The notes under the pieces were generated by a model, which saw only the letters and a program-made list of their open reading frames with translations, did not search any database and was not told where the DNA came from. A stretch of 33,730 nucleotides of DNA, from assembly GCA_947502965.1 (NCBI GenBank), contig CANNCG010000002.1, forward strand, positions 1 to 33,730, given 5' to 3'. Position numbers and translations under genes: made by a program. Below are positions 30,301 to 33,730 of the stretch, piece by piece; the first letter of the stretch is position 1, and every line of letters begins with the position of its first letter. The stretch is from a bacterium (GTDB lineage Bacteria > Margulisbacteria > Marinamargulisbacteria > SXXA01).

Positions 30301-30885
30301 GGTTTAAATGCGGAGGGTAATAAGATTCCTTCTGGTAAATATAGTGTGAAGGTATCCTTGCTAGACAAGGTGGATAAACGGGTTGTGGTGAGCGCCCAGT
30401 CCGTAGTCACAGTATTGGAGCGAGGCTCTTTTGATTGGGACTTTTCTGCGGCAAGAGAGACTTTGTTTGCGGATATCCCACCCACCCACCCCGATAGACC
30501 GATCATTAATGCATGGATGGCCTTGGGTAATACGGCGATGGTCATGAAAAGCAGTAGTGATGTACTCAAAACAGAAAATCAAACATTTTTTGGGCCTTCT
30601 CAGCCCATGACACGTATTGCATTTGTCATGGGGTTGAGTCGGTCTTTGGCGTATTTGGGAGCGAAGAGTTATACGATTCCAGATCTGTCGCCTTATTCAG
30701 ATGTGAGCGCGCTTCCCAGAGAGATTCAAGAGCCTATTGGTCTTTATATTTCGGAACTTGATTATGGTGGCGATGATCAACGCCGTTTGCGGTTGTATGA
30801 TCCCATTACACGGGCGGAGGCGGTTACTTTGTTAGGTCGTTTTTTACGTTGGCAGAGCAAGCGTTTTGAGTTTTTACTTCCATGA
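27301..30885 (+). CDS. Large secreted envelope protein: Ig-like, long coiled coil, beta-barrel-like, SLH, FlgD-Ig, SLH, SLH
   Basis: Signal peptide; ~570-aa E/Q/K/L-rich heptad region; amphipathic beta-strands; QWDGLNAEGNKIPSGKY (FlgD-Ig); SLH-like motifs ending PITRAEAVTLLGR. Confidence 0.8.
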   Translation: MRNFILGMLMMVGVFSGLWAQELKITSSPNPVAPGTNVRVTVQSGFILDTPYVGVFDRTVSLQKVGERLYTVSFLIPATTKPGLIQSYLSFNATAKKGLRVPFQFEVSGPKKDTISGIESRGFVLKTDPLEESNIKIDALEDSVKKLQIERQSLKKQIETTKKDLEKLKNTPRTTSKQFAQKEEALQSLDRQLVNREKNLQTAQTQYQKQLEDLVSRETALGAKEADLRQREAELAKERESVSRQVKDVSIKQEALETQESDLAQRKKLTDAEEVALRMQNQKLKEMQLQLSQTTSSLTSEKELLAEKEKDLQLLRKKLGEEDTGVKAREQELNRQRDEMAKKNADLMALTSQVQKEKKLISESEVVFKRRLQEVDLVAKRLSTERQVLDDRQDKIQERETALKLEEERLYAQIRRLSARDEQLKTIEKTLREEEEAIQRQQITLTQQQSQLSEKEADLNKIQQDISSQNMSLQRLMQDVQIDRVTLTSQAVTIKTDKELLRQKEAMLIQEQKTLQAQQTNTQALEDSLARRKKIFEKELNASKMLQDQDRQQLELQRKEINALDLESRESKQRLATISAEQSQRERSIRQAQSEQSSREVALGQRMRDLESKEFQIETLRKDVYDKYMALDALKTWVDDRTYALQEAYALAQKDKSVNTAAFQDQFQKLERLTRMLQHRTSSLLEINKALNQQNEALEIEIQTVVPTESQFIITPYLGYRSFSDTKIKNGANIGLKLMGSFSRDWGVDTGIGCVPTLENGKSQLVYTVDFLFSRHLATISRFRFFGLAGIGGRIASSAAMGMSAGLGIRNPLSENTAADLDILYGPDFLVRLGIDMRLRFDERRVSRGLGLDVPSVSPVATTSGSGIDVLLRVPSSRYQTSIVRPVLQDSVTHWSSDDAALSGAFGLLELIPVQDAKDTYLFFPSKTLSLLEGVKLLMKATYLPKMVADESLPISFTIVDLPGVEYLTKVWVEDELGNQIHVLLDGESRGVGDFSLQWDGLNAEGNKIPSGKYSVKVSLLDKVDKRVVVSAQSVVTVLERGSFDWDFSAARETLFADIPPTHPDRPIINAWMALGNTAMVMKSSSDVLKTENQTFFGPSQPMTRIAFVMGLSRSLAYLGAKSYTIPDLSPYSDVSALPREIQEPIGLYISELDYGGDDQRRLRLYDPITRAEAVTLLGRFLRWQSKRFEFLLP

Positions 30886-32267
30886 GTATTTTAAAAAAGC
30901 TTAAAACTATTTTAGTAATTGGGCGTCCCAATGTGGGGAAATCCACCCTTATTAACCGGATTTTGGATGCCCCCCGTGCCATTACCCAGGATACGCCTGG
31001 CGTTACCCGAGATGTGGTGCGGTATATGGCCTCTTTTAAAGGCCGTCCCTTTACACTATTGGACAGTGCAGGTGTTTTTTTTGATTTGTCAGATGCGGGT
31101 TTTTTGCAGACGGAGATAGAGGCACGTGTGACGGCTGCCATCAAAGAGGCGGACGGCATTGTGTGGGTGACGGATGGGGCCTTTGGGGTGCATCCTGTTG
31201 AGGAGGCAATTGCCCATCGTTTGCGCGGGGTGTCTTCGCGGGTCGTGATCGCGGCCAATAAATGTGACAATGAGATGATGTCTCATGCGGCACACGCCTT
31301 TTATGAGCTGGGTTTTCCTGAGGTTTTGCCTGTTTCGGCCATGCACGGCCATGGGGTTGAGGCCTTGCTCCGTGAGGTGTTGGGAAATACCCTTGCCAAG
31401 GGGGATGACACGGTTTCTTGGCCACGTATCGCGGTGATAGGGCGTCCCAATGTGGGGAAATCGTCTCTCTTGAATGCCTTGACGGGGCGGGATTTGGCCT
31501 TGGTACACAATACGCCTGGTACAACCCGAGACCCCATAGAATGCCCTATTCTCATTGACGAAAATCCTTATGTTTTAATAGATACCGCAGGATTGCGTCG
31601 GCAGGCCAAGATGGAAGATGAGATTGAATACTATTCTTCGATAAGGGCAACCGGTGTTTTGACCCGTGCAGATGTTGCGGTGGTGGTCATCGATGCCAGC
31701 GATTTCCTGGTGGATCAGGACAAGCGTGTATTGCAGTTGGTCTTGGAATCCCAAAAGCCCTTTGTGCTTTTTGTTAATAAATGGGATCAAACAGACCGTA
31801 GTCATGAAACTCGGCAGCGCTTCTTGGATGAAGCCCACCGGTTGTTTCCCCGTTTGGCATATTTTCCGACCATTTTTGGATCTGCAACATCTTCTATTCA
31901 TTTGTCTCAATTGAAGCAGCGCCTCAATGCTTTGGTAGCGCAGCGTGATTTTCGTGCGCCGACGCCCGAAGTCAATCGTTTTGTTCAAGACGTTTTGCGC
32001 CGTTTGCAGCCACCCACGATGTCAGGGGGGGCGTTGACGATTTATTTTGGCACGCAGACCACGTCGTCTCCGATGCAATTTGTATTTTCGGTTAACCGAA
32101 CAAAAGGCATTCCAGAAGCCTATATCCGGTTTTTAGAACGTCGTTTGCGGGCACACTTTCCTGAATTGGAAGGTCAAAGCGTCGACATTGTGTTCAGAAG
32201 CCATCGTAGCGATTCAGATATGCCCGGTACACAAAAACGCAAAAGACCTCAAAAAGCGAAATCCTAA
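30882..32267 (+). CDS. der: Ribosome biogenesis GTPase Der (EngA)
   Basis: Two GRPNVGKS G1 motifs, PGVTRD/PGTTRD, DTAG, NKCD/NKWD, C-terminal KH-like domain. Confidence 0.96.
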   Translation: MSILKKLKTILVIGRPNVGKSTLINRILDAPRAITQDTPGVTRDVVRYMASFKGRPFTLLDSAGVFFDLSDAGFLQTEIEARVTAAIKEADGIVWVTDGAFGVHPVEEAIAHRLRGVSSRVVIAANKCDNEMMSHAAHAFYELGFPEVLPVSAMHGHGVEALLREVLGNTLAKGDDTVSWPRIAVIGRPNVGKSSLLNALTGRDLALVHNTPGTTRDPIECPILIDENPYVLIDTAGLRRQAKMEDEIEYYSSIRATGVLTRADVAVVVIDASDFLVDQDKRVLQLVLESQKPFVLFVNKWDQTDRSHETRQRFLDEAHRLFPRLAYFPTIFGSATSSIHLSQLKQRLNALVAQRDFRAPTPEVNRFVQDVLRRLQPPTMSGGALTIYFGTQTTSSPMQFVFSVNRTKGIPEAYIRFLERRLRAHFPELEGQSVDIVFRSHRSDSDMPGTQKRKRPQKAKS

Positions 32268-33127
32268 TGGTGGGGTATCGGGTTTTGTTTATGGGGTCTC
32301 CGGTATTTGCGGTACCCGCATTGTCAGCCCTGATGTCCCACCCAAAGACAGCGGTGGTGGCGGTGGTGACGCAGCCTGATCAACCCAAGGGGCGGGGGAA
32401 AAAACCCGCTCCAACACCCGTTAAGCTCGCGGCAGAGGCGAAATCTATCCCTGTGTTTACACCATGCGCCAAGCGTGAGTTGTTGCGTGTTGTTGCGCAT
32501 ATTCGCCCAGACCTCATTGTGGTGGTGGCCTATGGGCGTATTTTGCCAGCAGCCATTACAGACCAGTATGTCTGTGTAAATGTGCATGGTTCTCTTTTGC
32601 CACACTACAGAGGGGCATCGCCGATTCATACCGCCTTAATGGCAAACGACCAACACACAGGCGTTACGCTTATTCGCATGAATGCCAAAATGGATGCAGG
32701 CGATATTCTTTTGCTTTCTGAGACAGCTATCTTTCATAACGATTTTTTTCAAACCCTTCACGATCGGTTATCGCTGATGGGTGGTGATATTTTGCATTCT
32801 TTTTTAGACAATGTAGACCTGCATTTGGCCAATGCCTATCCCCAAGTGGACGCCGCTGTGAGCTATTGTCAAAAGCTGTTTCCCGAAGATGCTTTACTGA
32901 GCGCAGACAGGTCTCCAATTGAAAATTGGGGAATTATACGGGCATTTTCGCCAGTCCCGGGGGCCTATGTTGTGGAATCCGGGAAACGGATCAAAATTTT
33001 AGAAGCAAGGTTAGAAGACAATGGCTTGGTGCCTGTCACCGTAAAGCCTGAAGGGAAAAATAGCATGTCTTATGCCGACTATCAGCGGGGAAAAGGCACC
33101 CTTTCTTTTTTTAAGAGGCCTCAATAG
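32267..33127 (+). CDS. fmt: Methionyl-tRNA formyltransferase
   Basis: FMGSP.FAV, VVTQPD.PKGRG, VVAYGRILP, NVHGSLLP.YRGASPI, MDAGD. Confidence 0.96.
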   Translation: MVGYRVLFMGSPVFAVPALSALMSHPKTAVVAVVTQPDQPKGRGKKPAPTPVKLAAEAKSIPVFTPCAKRELLRVVAHIRPDLIVVVAYGRILPAAITDQYVCVNVHGSLLPHYRGASPIHTALMANDQHTGVTLIRMNAKMDAGDILLLSETAIFHNDFFQTLHDRLSLMGGDILHSFLDNVDLHLANAYPQVDAAVSYCQKLFPEDALLSADRSPIENWGIIRAFSPVPGAYVVESGKRIKILEARLEDNGLVPVTVKPEGKNSMSYADYQRGKGTLSFFKRPQ

Positions 33128-33329
33128 GCCCTCCTGACGCAGGTGGTTGGCCAAGCGCTCAACGAACTCCATACTGCCGCACCAAAAAGCGAGGCCCTAA
33201 AATGAAGCTCAAATCAAAAGCGGCGAGTGGTTATGCGAAACCACGAGTTGAAAAGTACGGGGTATTGGCCAGACGAATGACACTTGATCGCTTGTCAAAA
33301 CCGGCCATGCTTGAAACAATACCATCCCT

Positions 33330-33730
33330 ATGAGTCTCAAATACCCACTTCCCCGTGGCACACGCGATATATTACCCGAAGAAATGCCCTTTTGGCATCA
33401 CGTCGAAGATACCGCCAGGTCTATTTTTAGCGCCTATAATTACCAAGAAATCAGAACCCCTATCTTTGAGCTAACAGAACTCTTTGAACGTGGGATAGGC
33501 GATGGCACCGATATCGTCGAAAAAGAGATGTACACCTTCACCGACAAAGGCGAACGACGGCTCACCCTGAGACCTGAAGGAACCGCCCCCATTGCCCGTG
33601 CCTATCTCCAGAATGGCCTGGGAAAAAAAGAGCCCCAATCCAAACTCTATTATTGTGGTCCCATGTTTCGCTACGAACGCCCCCAAGCCGGCCGTTACCG
33701 TCAATTCTATCAAATCGGGGTAGAAAACAT
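33330..33730 (+). CDS. hisS: Histidyl-tRNA synthetase, 5' part (runs off the window; absent from the ORF track)
   Basis: Manual translation [79 protein letters not shown]. Confidence 0.96.
   Translation, partial: MSLKYPLPRGTRDILPEEMPFWHHVEDTARSIFSAYNYQEIRTPIFELTELFERGIGDGTDIVEKEMYTFTDKGERRLTLRPEGTAPIARAYLQNGLGKKEPQSKLYYCGPMFRYERPQAGRYRQFYQIGVEN

Noticed and set aside
30912-31463. Repeat of GGGCGTCCCAATGTGGGGAAATC within der
   Set aside because: Explained by the two homologous G1 motifs of the tandem GTPase domains.
33128-33329. T-box riboswitch for hisS
   Set aside because: No GGTGGNACC T-box motif and no terminator with a U-tract before the gene.
33471-33713. 80-aa minus-strand ORF
   Set aside because: It is an antisense shadow of hisS; the other short nested ORFs in the track were dismissed for the same reason.

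Overview
Bacterial chromosomal window of mostly housekeeping and envelope genes. SLH domains, beta-barrel proteins, an LCP protein and a yqeK-LCP-rsfS block together suggest a diderm Terrabacteria lineage, possibly Margulisbacteria-like; this is inference only. In order: 3' end of a frameshifted adhesin with a C-type lectin domain; a minus-strand run (lipoprotein, TraF/PorV-like barrel, yqeK, LCP, rsfS, tRNA-Ala); M48 peptidase; comEC; a GT87/GT2/FAD-oxidoreductase glycosylation cluster; miaA; topB; a complete but divergent F-type ATP synthase operon (atpBEFHAGDC) coupled to dedA; a GT-C-like membrane protein; an EEP hydrolase; glmM; a 1194-aa coiled-coil/barrel/SLH envelope protein; der; fmt; and the start of hisS. 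The most distinctive non-coding feature is a dispersed ~112-bp TA-bounded palindromic element (4 full copies plus fragments), one of which supplies the end of a gene. There are also two elements with a second type of inverted ends, three structured intergenic segments that match no RNA family I recognise, and apparent G/C skew reversals at topB and hisS. All calls come from reading the sequence by eye; no searches or folding programs were run.
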